A DNA stretch of 64,000 bases from Candidatus Yanofskybacteria bacterium RIFCSPHIGHO2_02_FULL_43_17 (GTDB lineage Bacteria > Patescibacteriota > Minisyncoccia > 2-02-FULL-40-12 > GWA2-44-9). The translations under genes were made by a program, and so were the position numbers. Location: assembly GCA_001794435.1 (NCBI GenBank), contig MGJU01000013.1, positions 90,256-154,255 of the forward strand, in the 5' to 3' direction. Of the stretch, positions 1 through 9,253 are shown piece after piece. Every line of letters begins with the position of its first letter. Position 1 is the first letter of the stretch. The notes beneath the pieces are model-generated. The model was not told the DNA's origin. It saw only the letters and a program-made list of their open reading frames with translations, and ran no database searches.

Positions 1-300
1 ATCACACCAGATATTCTTGACGCTATTATTTTTAAATATTTCTAATGCAAATTCTTCTACCTTCGCCACGGAATCATTTTTATCGCAAAGTGGATCAGAC
101 CAAATTCGCCATTCTTCCGAATAACGATGAGTTAACAGTCCTGATCCGTCCTCGAATTCAACAAAAATAGGTATTCCGTCGGAAGATATTATACTGCAAG
201 CCCACCAATCTAAATTATGATCGGATGTCCAACCGAAACGCTCAATGCTTTTCAGCACTCTCGCTCGCTCTTTTTCTAAGTCCTCGTAAAACTTCAAGTG
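1..300 (-). CDS. hypothetical protein, partial. The 5' end of the gene is in the window and the C-terminal part lies beyond position 1. No ATG start; a TTG start is possible.
   Basis: Open reverse-strand frame from about 345 down to the window edge (…LKFYEDLEKERARVLKSIERFGWTSDHNLDWWACSIISSDGIPIFVEFEDGSGLL…). It was not reported by the ORF track, presumably because it is truncated. I recognised no family. Confidence 0.3.
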
Positions 301-347
301 TGTTATTGATTTATAAATAATGCGTACGCAAGGTTTATAAATCAATA

Positions 348-2021
348 TTATCTCGTTATATCGGCTCCGATTTTGTAGGTATTAAGTTCCAGATCGTTAA
401 TAATAAATATCGCTCCCCAGTCGCGGCCGGAGGCCTCCCATTGCTGGGGCGTAATGTTGAGCCAGTGCTTCGTACCATCAGGCCAGACGGCATAGACCCT
501 CTCGTCGTTTACATATCTAACGTAGTTTGCGGTTGTATAAGAATGAAAGGTCGTCTCATCAACTTCTATCGCTTTGACGGCATTCAAGTGACCATAAAGA
601 GCGATTATTTCCGGCCTTAAATATCGCTTATATTTTCCCTCGATGACATATGTTTCATTTTCGGTTGCTTTTTTAATCAGCGCTCCGTCTTTGATTATTG
701 AACCAAAATCAACACCCAACGGTTTATCCATAAAAGAAACGGTAAGACGCCCGCCAGACTCGCTCTCCACCAAACCAAAACCCTCTGTTTTATAAGAATT
801 AACAGGAAATATAAAGAAATAATCCAAACCACCGGGATTGGTAACGTAAAAATCCCCTTCTAAAATTGCGGAACGACCTAAATTGTCGGCGTAAACAAAC
901 TTGAGACCAGGTTCCGGAAACAGTTTGATCACCTTATCGTTTGCTAAACCGTTGGCATAAATTTTGTGGCCATATGGCTGCCAAGGTTTTAATAAATAAT
1001 CAAAAACACTGGAATCCGAAAACGACAGTACGGTTATCCTCTGCGGTACTGCTTTGAGATTCTTAAGTTCCGCCCTCGCATAACCGAATTTGGATTCCAA
1101 GGATTCATTATTTACATAGCTGGCAATGAGCCAATTAGAAAATAGATTCGGAAACCTGTCCGGATTACCGCGAGCCGCAAGCGCCGCATCAATCGAAGAA
1201 ATTCCTGCAAGACCCAATTGAAGCGATTCTTTAAGTAGATCCTGGCCATATTCTTCTGCTATGTACTCGGCAAAAAGCGCAACCAAAGAATAATCCAACG
1301 ATACATTCGGCCACTCGGTCAAACTATCGGATGGATTGTTGAAAAAAGTGTTTGCCCTTCTTTCCAGGTTAGAACCGGCAAAAGAGTTGTTATATCCAAC
1401 CAAGGTCGTAGTGTACTCCGCCCGCAATTCATTCAGCCACACCTCTTCGCTGGCATTATCTGCCAGCTCTTTCTGGTTGAAAGATATCAAATGCTCGAAT
1501 TCGTGAGCCAAAAATGTTTTGGCATAAATACCGGCAACCGACTCAGCGTTCACGACCACCATTTCTCTTTCATTTGATTCGGAAGTCGATGTTTTCGGAT
1601 AACCGTTGGAGGTGCTGAAATATCCGCCATTCCCCGATTTTAGCTGTTCCAAAAGTATGGTTATTCTGTTGTCGCCATCAATACCCGGTTTGGCCTCATG
1701 CCCCCAGAATGAGGTTTCTAGCGGATATATTGTAATGTCAAATTCTTGAGCCAGCTGGGTTATCTCCGACAGAAGATTTTGTCTTTTGATGGCATCTAAA
1801 TCGTCCCAATAACTATCGTCCACATAAAAATAGGCGTTCTCGCCGATATGGCGCAGTGTGGCGGTCGCAGATGTCCGTCCGAGTTTGTCGAAGGTGCTGT
1901 TGGTGTTAAATCTGACATTCTGCCCCAGTACATCAGCCGACGCAATGGAAAACATAAAAAACGGCACAATTAATACCGCAAATAATATTACCGACAATCT
2001 TACTTTAACGATATTCTTCAC
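348..2021 (-). CDS. secreted protein with an HExxH zinc-metallopeptidase-like motif
   Basis: N-terminal signal peptide (MKNIVKVRLSVILFAVLIVPFFMFSIASA) and an HEFEHL motif mid-protein. 557 aa. Confidence 0.4.
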   Translation of the reverse strand: MKNIVKVRLSVILFAVLIVPFFMFSIASADVLGQNVRFNTNSTFDKLGRTSATATLRHIGENAYFYVDDSYWDDLDAIKRQNLLSEITQLAQEFDITIYPLETSFWGHEAKPGIDGDNRITILLEQLKSGNGGYFSTSNGYPKTSTSESNEREMVVVNAESVAGIYAKTFLAHEFEHLISFNQKELADNASEEVWLNELRAEYTTTLVGYNNSFAGSNLERRANTFFNNPSDSLTEWPNVSLDYSLVALFAEYIAEEYGQDLLKESLQLGLAGISSIDAALAARGNPDRFPNLFSNWLIASYVNNESLESKFGYARAELKNLKAVPQRITVLSFSDSSVFDYLLKPWQPYGHKIYANGLANDKVIKLFPEPGLKFVYADNLGRSAILEGDFYVTNPGGLDYFFIFPVNSYKTEGFGLVESESGGRLTVSFMDKPLGVDFGSIIKDGALIKKATENETYVIEGKYKRYLRPEIIALYGHLNAVKAIEVDETTFHSYTTANYVRYVNDERVYAVWPDGTKHWLNITPQQWEASGRDWGAIFIINDLELNTYKIGADITR

Positions 2022-2110
2022 TCAATTATTATAGCAGAATTTTGCAATTGACTAATTTTGATCGCTTTCAATCCTCGAAATTGCGTAATTACCCGTCAAA
2101 AAATTAAATT

Positions 2111-2142
2111 TGGCAACCAAAAACCCCGCTAAAGCGGGGTTA
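2111..2142 (-). terminator. rho-independent terminator-like hairpin (AACCCCGC-TAAA-GCGGGGTT) overlapping the stop codon of the dehydrogenase gene
   Basis: Perfect 8-bp GC-rich stem with a 4-nt loop, followed on the minus strand by TTTGGTT. Confidence 0.5.
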
Positions 2143-3102
2143 CTCTGTGTTCTTTTTCTTTTTTAATATGATTTCCTTGTCGTGTTTAGAAACATCTTCT
2201 ACTGTTAAATTCTGCGTTCCGAGAAGTCTGTTGTTATAGTCCCAAACTGATTCAAGAAATTGAAGCACCCCCGATAATCTTTTGTTTTCAGACGCCTTTA
2301 AGGGTTTAATCAAGCTCCTGCAAAATTCAGTAAATGCTCTTAGGTCTTTAGGGAAACAGTAACCGCCGAATCCCCGATATGACCCATGATTAACATCCAG
2401 CCACGCCGGGCCGATTCTGGGATCGGCACCAAGAGCGTCTCTGATATTTTCATAATTTACTTCCAAACCGCTAGATGTTCTGACGATGCCGCACACATCA
2501 TAGACCATGTTTCCGAAACTAACCTTAACCGCGCCAAATACATTCGAGGCGTATTTAATCACTTCCGCTTCCGTCGCAGTGTGCCCTCTGATCAGATATG
2601 TGGAAGCTAACCACGGACTTTGATAGTACGAAATCGGCAGCAAATTTAACACCGCCAAAGCAACATCTTTGCTTTGTTCGGTGTAAGCCACAATCTGTCG
2701 AACCGGCTTTAGAAAATCCTCCCATGCTTGTGATTCGGTAAGAAATTCCGGATTAAACAAGAACTTGTGCTGAGGAAATTTACCTTGAAACCTCTCGGTG
2801 GTCCCTGGTGGCACAGTTGATTTGATGACAATTATTTTCTCCCCCTTTATGCCGGCGACTACGTTTTCAACTATGGATATATTGCAGCTGCCATCAGGAT
2901 TGGGCGGAGTCGGAACAGAAACAAACACAATATCAGCCAAGTTGTAGTCGTCAAAATAGCCCTTGGTCGGATCAGCGTCATAACAGAAAAGATCGACTCC
3001 GCGCTTAAATCCTCTTTTTTCCTCAAACCATCTCCGTATCGGCTCACCGACCATCCCTAAGCCAATTATTCCGATTTTCAAGCTACTAGCCTTCTCTGCC
3101 AT
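2140..3102 (-). CDS. UDP-glucose/GDP-mannose dehydrogenase family protein, unusually short (C-terminal domain reduced)
   Basis: N-terminal Rossmann motif IGIIGLGMVG and the catalytic-cysteine motif GFGGYCFPKD. Only about 70 aa follow the cysteine. Confidence 0.6.
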   Translation of the reverse strand: MAEKASSLKIGIIGLGMVGEPIRRWFEEKRGFKRGVDLFCYDADPTKGYFDDYNLADIVFVSVPTPPNPDGSCNISIVENVVAGIKGEKIIVIKSTVPPGTTERFQGKFPQHKFLFNPEFLTESQAWEDFLKPVRQIVAYTEQSKDVALAVLNLLPISYYQSPWLASTYLIRGHTATEAEVIKYASNVFGAVKVSFGNMVYDVCGIVRTSSGLEVNYENIRDALGADPRIGPAWLDVNHGSYRGFGGYCFPKDLRAFTEFCRSLIKPLKASENKRLSGVLQFLESVWDYNNRLLGTQNLTVEDVSKHDKEIILKKKKNTE

Positions 3103-3211
3103 TAAAACCTACTTCGACTTTTTCGGTTTAAACAGAATAATACCACGCACAAATACTTCGACAAGAGATCTTTACTTTTTTCAATTTTTTGATAGAGTTT
3201 AGGTTAATCTA

Positions 3212-4573
3212 ATGAAGAAGTTTCTCTTATTCACATCCGACCTCGCCATCCTTTTCTGCTCTCTTTTGCTGACTCTGTATCTAAGATACGGACAAACATT
3301 TTCCGAAAAACTTGAATTCCACCTTGCGCCTTTTTCGCTAATTTTCGTCGTTTGGCTTATTGTTTTTTATATTGCCAATTTGTATGAGCCGGCAACGCTG
3401 AGAAACAATATCCATTTCTACTCCTCGCTTCTCCAGGCGATCATGGTTTCGTTGGTAATATCAATAGCATTCTTTTACCTGATTCCGGTCTTTAGCATCA
3501 CTCCGAAAACCAATCTGGCCATCTTCGCGGCAATTTTCACAGGACTTGGGTTCAGCGTAAGATTCGGCTTTAACAGAGTATTCGAGAAAAAATTCAAGAA
3601 ATCGGCGCTAATAGTCGGCTTGAATCAGCAGACACTGGAACTGGCCGGATTTATAAAAGAAAATCCGCAACTGGGATATGAGCTTAGGTGTGTAGTCGAT
3701 CTGGCGCCGGAAAAACCGGCTGGGGCTGAAGACGAATTTACAAAATTCGGTATTATCCAAGGACTGCACAATCTTGAGAAAACAATAAATAGCGAGGGAA
3801 TAGATGCGGTGGTGATCAGCCCCGACGCATATCAAACACCAGAAATAATAAATATTTTTTATAAATCTATCGGACAGAAGATATCATTCTTCAACCTAGC
3901 ATCGTTTTATGAACGGCTGACCGGCAAAGTGCCGCTGGGAGCCATAAACCAGATCTGGTTTCTGGAAAATCTCAGCGAAGGAAAGAAGCGGGGATATGAG
4001 ATAATAAAAAGAGTGTTTGATACCTTTTTTGCCGTCATTATTGGAATCGTTTCCCTTGTTCTGTATCCCTTCATTGTGCTGGCGGTTAAGACGAGTTCGG
4101 GTCCGATATTTTATAAACAAAAAAGGGTGGGCCAGGCGGGAAAGGTTTTTGAAATAATTAAGTTCAGAACAATGCGAAAGAATGCAGAGGAAAATACGGG
4201 CGCCGTATGGACCACCGAGAACGACCCTCGGATAACAAAAGCCGGCAACTTCTTAAGAAAAACTCGCCTAGACGAGCTTCCGCAGATTTGGAATATACTG
4301 AAAGGTGAAATGTCTTTTGTCGGCCCCAGGGCGGAGAGACCAGAATTTCACGACACACTGCAAAAGAACGTACCGTTTTACGAAGAAAGATATCTGACCA
4401 AACCGGGCCTCACAGGCTGGGCACAAATCAATTTCCACTACGGCTCCTCTATAAAAGATGCCGCTGAAAAATTAAAATATGATCTTTACTACATAAAAAA
4501 CCGCTCACTTCTATTAGATCTCGGGGTAATCTTGAAAACCGTTCGAATTGCCCTTAAACAAGCCGGGAGATAA
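3212..4573 (+). CDS. undecaprenyl-phosphate sugar phosphotransferase (WbaP/PglB-type initiating transferase of the bacterial sugar transferase family)
   Basis: N-terminal TM helices, then the conserved C-terminal domain KRVFD…PIFYKQKRVG…KFRTM…DELPQIWNILKGEMSFVGPRAERPEF. Confidence 0.85.
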   Translation: MKKFLLFTSDLAILFCSLLLTLYLRYGQTFSEKLEFHLAPFSLIFVVWLIVFYIANLYEPATLRNNIHFYSSLLQAIMVSLVISIAFFYLIPVFSITPKTNLAIFAAIFTGLGFSVRFGFNRVFEKKFKKSALIVGLNQQTLELAGFIKENPQLGYELRCVVDLAPEKPAGAEDEFTKFGIIQGLHNLEKTINSEGIDAVVISPDAYQTPEIINIFYKSIGQKISFFNLASFYERLTGKVPLGAINQIWFLENLSEGKKRGYEIIKRVFDTFFAVIIGIVSLVLYPFIVLAVKTSSGPIFYKQKRVGQAGKVFEIIKFRTMRKNAEENTGAVWTTENDPRITKAGNFLRKTRLDELPQIWNILKGEMSFVGPRAERPEFHDTLQKNVPFYEERYLTKPGLTGWAQINFHYGSSIKDAAEKLKYDLYYIKNRSLLLDLGVILKTVRIALKQAGR

Positions 4574-4582
4574 AAATCAGTA

Positions 4583-5299
4583 TTAACGACTAAGTCGTAA
4601 TCGCCACGGCAGCCAGATCGCTTCCCAAATTATTTTGGACGACATTTTTGACTGGCCTTCTCTACGCTCACTGAACAATATGGGATACTCGATAGCGTCG
4701 CAACCGGCCCGGAAAAGCCGGTATTTCAGTTCCACTAAAAACGCGTAGCCGTCTGAGTTTATATAATTCAGATCTATTTTCCTCAAAACATCCGCTCGAT
4801 AAGCGTTAAAACCAGTCGTGGCGTCCATAATGGGAAGCCTTAAGATCATTTTAACATAAAGATTGGCAAACTTGCTCAATATTTGTCTGACAAAACTCCA
4901 ATTCTTAACTCCCCCGCCCTGAACATAACGGGATCCGATAGAAACGCTGTAGTTCTCCAGATTTTTTAGCAGAGCAGGCACAACATTAAAATCATGAGAA
5001 AAATCGGCATCCATGGTCACAAGAAAATCATAATCTCTTTCAAGCGTCCACCTAAACCCGTCTATGCTTGAACGTCCATAACCGTAATTTGATGTTCGCG
5101 TAAGAATAAAAAGGTTGCCATAATTGTGTTTTAATTTTTCAACCAGTTCTTGAGTGCCGTCGCTTGAATTATCGTCAACGACCAGAACCGAAATATCCGG
5201 CATCAAACCAAAAAGCGCCGGAATTAACTTTTCAAGATTTTCCCTCTCGTTAAGAGTTGGGATTAAAATTATGCTTCGTGAATAATTGCTCATATACAA
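4583..5299 (-). CDS. GT2 polyprenol-phosphate glycosyltransferase (DPM1/GtrB-like)
   Basis: ILIPTLNERENL…VVDDNSSDGT…TMDADFSHD motifs. 238 aa. Confidence 0.75.
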   Translation of the reverse strand: MYMSNYSRSIILIPTLNERENLEKLIPALFGLMPDISVLVVDDNSSDGTQELVEKLKHNYGNLFILTRTSNYGYGRSSIDGFRWTLERDYDFLVTMDADFSHDFNVVPALLKNLENYSVSIGSRYVQGGGVKNWSFVRQILSKFANLYVKMILRLPIMDATTGFNAYRADVLRKIDLNYINSDGYAFLVELKYRLFRAGCDAIEYPILFSERREGQSKMSSKIIWEAIWLPWRLRLSR

Positions 5300-6374
5300 A
5301 CACGGCTATTCCCAAATAAAAGGGGGTCATATAAATCCACACATTCGACCAATAATTATTGCCGAAAAAATTCCATATGGGCAGGAAAACTGTAATTGAG
5401 TCGGCAAGAAATACAAACATTGCCCATTTATGCTTCATTATAAAAGGTATGGCGGCCAGAGATATCAGGGTTGTTGCCGGCAATAAGTATTTAGAAAAAG
5501 AAAAGGCCATAAAACTTAAAAGCAAAAAATTAAGAAAAATGGAATAGATAAAAACTTCTCTGTATTTGAAAGTTCTGTCCCGCCACAGCATCCAAAGCCC
5601 GACCATAATTAAAAACGGTGAAACCATAATTTTTCTGTAAGCTAAAAATAGATTTGCCGCAATTCTTAATGGTCCTTTAATGCTGATAACAAAACTTTCA
5701 ACCAGCGGGGGCGGATTGCCTGTGTCAAACGGCCCTTGATATGAATTAATGGCCGCATTGTTAATGGGATGGCCGACTTGAATATAACTAGTGGCAAGAT
5801 ACAAAAAGCCGATAGACAAACCGACGGCAAGGAAAATAAAAGTTTTTTTCCTCCAAATTTCACGCGCAAATAAAGGCGCAAGGGTCAAAGCAAACGGCTT
5901 CACGATTCCGCCAAATACCCAAGCCAGAGGTGTCCAAGATCGTTTATTAATACTCCCATAAATAATAAGGAGTATAAAAAACAAAAGAGCCGCTTCCTGG
6001 AAACCTCTCATTAGGGTCGTATACGGATATGGGGTTAATAAAAATATGATCAGACCGTAAACGCCCGCCTTGTTGCTGTTAAAAATATCTCTCGCAGTCA
6101 GGTAAACCAGTGGTAATGATAAAAGCACTAAAACCATTGAAGTATAAACAATCGCCAAATTGCTCCCTGTAATCCAAAAAATTGGAACCGATATGATTGA
6201 AAGCCCCTGAAATCCGTAAAACGACTTAAAATCAACTACGCCCCTAGCTAAACTTTCAGTAAAACCTTCGTAGTGAAAACCATCATCGGCAAGTTTGGGC
6301 TGGCCAAGGTAAAAATAAATAACCATTATCAACACGACGGACAAAATCAGTAATTTGTGTTTTCTGTCTGTCAT
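5250..6374 (-). CDS. polytopic membrane protein, GT-C-like glycosyltransferase partner of the upstream GT2 (putative)
   Basis: More than 10 predicted TM segments. It overlaps the GT2 gene by about 50 nt (GtrB/GT-C style pairing). Confidence 0.4.
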   Translation of the reverse strand: MTDRKHKLLILSVVLIMVIYFYLGQPKLADDGFHYEGFTESLARGVVDFKSFYGFQGLSIISVPIFWITGSNLAIVYTSMVLVLLSLPLVYLTARDIFNSNKAGVYGLIIFLLTPYPYTTLMRGFQEAALLFFILLIIYGSINKRSWTPLAWVFGGIVKPFALTLAPLFAREIWRKKTFIFLAVGLSIGFLYLATSYIQVGHPINNAAINSYQGPFDTGNPPPLVESFVISIKGPLRIAANLFLAYRKIMVSPFLIMVGLWMLWRDRTFKYREVFIYSIFLNFLLLSFMAFSFSKYLLPATTLISLAAIPFIMKHKWAMFVFLADSITVFLPIWNFFGNNYWSNVWIYMTPFYLGIAVFVYEQLFTKHNFNPNS

Positions 6375-6375
6375 T

Positions 6376-7446
6376 TTAAAACGGCCCCTTAAATTTGTTT
6401 TCCCAGGTATGAAACTTTTCTTTGCTTAGATCTGCCCTATTTAAGCCCAGTTTGGTTTCTACTGCGCGAATAATGTCAGTCGCGTTAGGGTAAAACAAGT
6501 TTTCCAACGGCCTAGTTGTAGGACACGGCGTTGGCGCAAAACCTATTCTCGTCACAGGCGACTTTAATTTCCCAAAACATTTTTCAGAAACACGGGAAGC
6601 AACTTCGGCGCTAAAACCGCAATTAAGCCAGTCGTAATCAGCTACGATACAATGGCCTGTTTTATTTACTGACTTAACAATTAACTGCTCATCTAACGGG
6701 TAGATCGTTCTGGGGTCTATGATCTCTATATTAACCCCCTTTTTGGCCAAAACAGTGGCGGCGTCATAAGCCTCCACGTTCATCCAAGAAGTTGCTACAA
6801 CGGTTATATCTGCGCCTCTTTTAAGAACACGGCCTTTCCCTATTGGTACAGTATAAAGATTTTTGGGAACATGGTCTTCAATCCAATACAGCCACCTGTT
6901 TTCCAAACATATAACAGGATTGTTGTCTCTTATGGCAGAAATTATTAATCCTTTTGCATCATAGGGTGTTGTGGGCATTATTACTTTTAATCCAGGAATA
7001 TGGGCAAAAAGCGATTGCAAACTTTTACTATGCTGGTAACCTTGGCCCCAACCGCGGCCTATAACCGCTCGTACTACCAGCGGTACGGAAATTTTGCCAT
7101 TACTGCCATACCTTAAAGAAGAAGCAATGTTAACCAACTGGTTCATGGCAAGTAATAAAAACTCTACCCTAATATGGACATTCACCGGACGAAGGCCGTT
7201 TAAAGCCGCTCCTATTCCAAAACCCATTAAAGCGTCTTCAGACAAAGGGGTGCTGAAACATCGTGAACCCCCAAATCTTTTTGCCAATCCGGCCGTTGAA
7301 CCGAAAATTGATTTGTGGTCAGCCACGTCTAATCCATAGATAAAAACCCTGGCATCCCTTTCCATTTCCTGATGAAGAGCTTCGTTGATGGCCTGCTGAT
7401 AACTTATTTTTCTTTTATTTTTCCTTTTCATTTTCATAAACTCCAA
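6376..7446 (-). CDS. thiamine-PP enzyme, E1 beta subunit-like (pyruvate/acetoin dehydrogenase E1 beta or transketolase C-terminal section family)
   Basis: Transketolase-like pyrimidine-binding and C-terminal domains. It lies immediately downstream of, and overlapping, the alpha-like subunit gene. Confidence 0.6.
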   Translation of the reverse strand: MEFMKMKRKNKRKISYQQAINEALHQEMERDARVFIYGLDVADHKSIFGSTAGLAKRFGGSRCFSTPLSEDALMGFGIGAALNGLRPVNVHIRVEFLLLAMNQLVNIASSLRYGSNGKISVPLVVRAVIGRGWGQGYQHSKSLQSLFAHIPGLKVIMPTTPYDAKGLIISAIRDNNPVICLENRWLYWIEDHVPKNLYTVPIGKGRVLKRGADITVVATSWMNVEAYDAATVLAKKGVNIEIIDPRTIYPLDEQLIVKSVNKTGHCIVADYDWLNCGFSAEVASRVSEKCFGKLKSPVTRIGFAPTPCPTTRPLENLFYPNATDIIRAVETKLGLNRADLSKEKFHTWENKFKGPF

Positions 7447-8452
7447 AATAAAGCCGTTTAGGATTCGGGAGTGTATCAGTTTTGGCTTGAGAAACGGCTT
7501 TGTTTATTTTATCCAATATTTCTTGTTCTAATTTTAATATTCTGCTTACCAACCCCAATTTTACCAACTTATCTCTTTGCATTTTTACCGGATCCTTCCG
7601 GTGCCATTTTAAAAACTCATTTTTATCACGATAACCGGCGCTGAAATCTTCCTCTGTGCCGACATGCTCAAGATAGCGATAATATTTCAAAGCTAAAAAA
7701 ATTGGTCCGTTATCAAGGCGTTTTAAGGATGATCTCACCAGCTGAAAAATTTCTTCAACATCGGCGCCGCTATATTCAACAACCTGATATCCAAAACTTT
7801 TGACGACTTGCGCAATATTTTTATAGCTATGCCTCAAAGATGCCGGCGTATGTATGGCAAAACCGTTGTCCTCATATACGAACAGGACCGGCAACTTCCA
7901 GAGCGAAGCCATATTAATACTTTCCCAAAAAACGCCTTCATCAACCGCTCCGTCTCCAAAAAAAGCAACCGCTATTTTTTTGTTTTTAAAATGACGGTTC
8001 GCAAAAGCAGCTCCGAGAGCGGAAGGAATATTTGTACCGACCACCGCCGAACTGAACATGACCCCCTTATCAGGATCAGCTAAATGCATTGAACCGCCTT
8101 TTCCTCCTCCAGATCCGGAATCCTTGCCGTATAATTCAGCAAAAAAACCTTTAATATCCTCCGTAGATGATAAATAAACAGCATGAGTCCTGTAGGTGCT
8201 AAAAATCTGCGCCCTCTGGCCTAAAGCCGTACAAACTCCAGCAGCAATTGCCTCCTCGCCCATAGACATATGCATGGGGGTTTTCATTTCATCATTCTTA
8301 TATTCTTCCTGAATTTTTTCTTCAGCCTTTCTGGACAAAAACATCTTCCTGTAAAGAATAAGTTTTGTAGCTAACGATAACTTTTTCGATTCTGTTTTTT
8401 TAAAATCGAGAGCTGGTTTTTTCTTATTTTTAGAAACAGAGCGCATGTTCAT
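7415..8452 (-). CDS. thiamine-PP enzyme, E1 alpha subunit-like (TPP-binding)
   Basis: TPP motif GDGAVDEG…(x24)…NGFAI. 345 aa. Confidence 0.6.
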   Translation of the reverse strand: MNMRSVSKNKKKPALDFKKTESKKLSLATKLILYRKMFLSRKAEEKIQEEYKNDEMKTPMHMSMGEEAIAAGVCTALGQRAQIFSTYRTHAVYLSSTEDIKGFFAELYGKDSGSGGGKGGSMHLADPDKGVMFSSAVVGTNIPSALGAAFANRHFKNKKIAVAFFGDGAVDEGVFWESINMASLWKLPVLFVYEDNGFAIHTPASLRHSYKNIAQVVKSFGYQVVEYSGADVEEIFQLVRSSLKRLDNGPIFLALKYYRYLEHVGTEEDFSAGYRDKNEFLKWHRKDPVKMQRDKLVKLGLVSRILKLEQEILDKINKAVSQAKTDTLPNPKRLYFGVYENEKEK

Positions 8453-8542
8453 ATCAGATTATGATAATTTAAACAGCTAAAACTAGCAACCCGTATTGTA
8501 TGTTATTAAATTTTTGGTATATACTGATTCAAACTCCACAAA

Positions 8543-9253
8543 ATGAATAAGGCCAAAAAAATCATCCACAGAATCGGTGTAAGTGAAAATCCGATTCTAC
8601 AAATAGTAACTCGTCTTCTTAGCTGGCCAGTTAAGTTTGGACAATTTCAACTGCTGAAGATAAACAAAGACAAAGAAGCCGTCGATTTGGTCCAAAGAAT
8701 ACAAAGAGACGGAAATTCGCTGATGTGGCCGGCTGAAATGATCCAGTTATATTTTTCAGTTTTTGCAACCAAAAAACTGCCCGGCGACCTTGCCGAAGTC
8801 GGCGTTTATGCAGGCAGATCGGCTAGATTAATTCGCGAGGTTAGTCCGAACAAAGCGCTTCATCTTTTTGATACATTCGAGGGATTGCCCAAACCAACAT
8901 CTATGGATAACAGTACTTGGCATGAACATATGCTGGCCATAGATCTCGCCTCCGTAAAAAAATACCTGGCCAACTACCAAAATATCAATTTTTACCTTGG
9001 CACATTCCCGGAAACCGCAAAACCGATAGAAGATAGGACGTTTTCGTTTGTTCACTTTGACGTTGATCTGCACCAAAGCACCCTGGAATGCTTAAAATTC
9101 TTCTATCCCAGAATGGTAAAAAGGGGTATAATGATTTCGCATGATTATTCCAATCTGGCTGGAGTTAAAAAGGCCTTTGACGAATTTTTTAAAGATAAAG
9201 ACGAATCAGTTATTGAACTTTCAACCAGTCAGTGTATAGTTATAAAATCATGA
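8543..9253 (+). CDS. TylF/MycF-family class I SAM-dependent O-methyltransferase (sugar O-methyltransferase-like)
   Basis: GDLAEVGVYAGRSARL and FDTFEGLPKP motifs, characteristic of macrocin-O-MT-like enzymes. Confidence 0.5.
   Translation: MNKAKKIIHRIGVSENPILQIVTRLLSWPVKFGQFQLLKINKDKEAVDLVQRIQRDGNSLMWPAEMIQLYFSVFATKKLPGDLAEVGVYAGRSARLIREVSPNKALHLFDTFEGLPKPTSMDNSTWHEHMLAIDLASVKKYLANYQNINFYLGTFPETAKPIEDRTFSFVHFDVDLHQSTLECLKFFYPRMVKRGIMISHDYSNLAGVKKAFDEFFKDKDESVIELSTSQCIVIKS

Noticed and set aside
2386-2610. Short ORFs on the opposite strand inside long family-recognisable CDSs (for example 2386-2610, 3608-3835, 7094-7339, 12616-12816, 22529-22729, 30493-30963, 55176-55442, 56128-56518, 58034-58541)
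   Set aside because: Each lies entirely inside a longer gene with clear family motifs on the other strand, has no RBS or promoter, and shows composition typical of antisense translation. The pair 55176-55442 / 56336-56518 resemble each other only because their host genes are tandem duplicates.
3103-3211. Divergent promoter between the dehydrogenase and WbaP genes
   Set aside because: Several TTGA-like hexamers are present, but I found no pair with convincing 16-18-nt spacing to a -10 element, so it is not reported as a feature.
8453-8542. Possible promoter TTGTAT-16-TATATA upstream of the TylF-like gene
   Set aside because: The hexamers are plausible, but the region is extremely AT-rich, so such matches are expected by chance, and there is no recognisable RBS before the ATG. 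Too weak to list.
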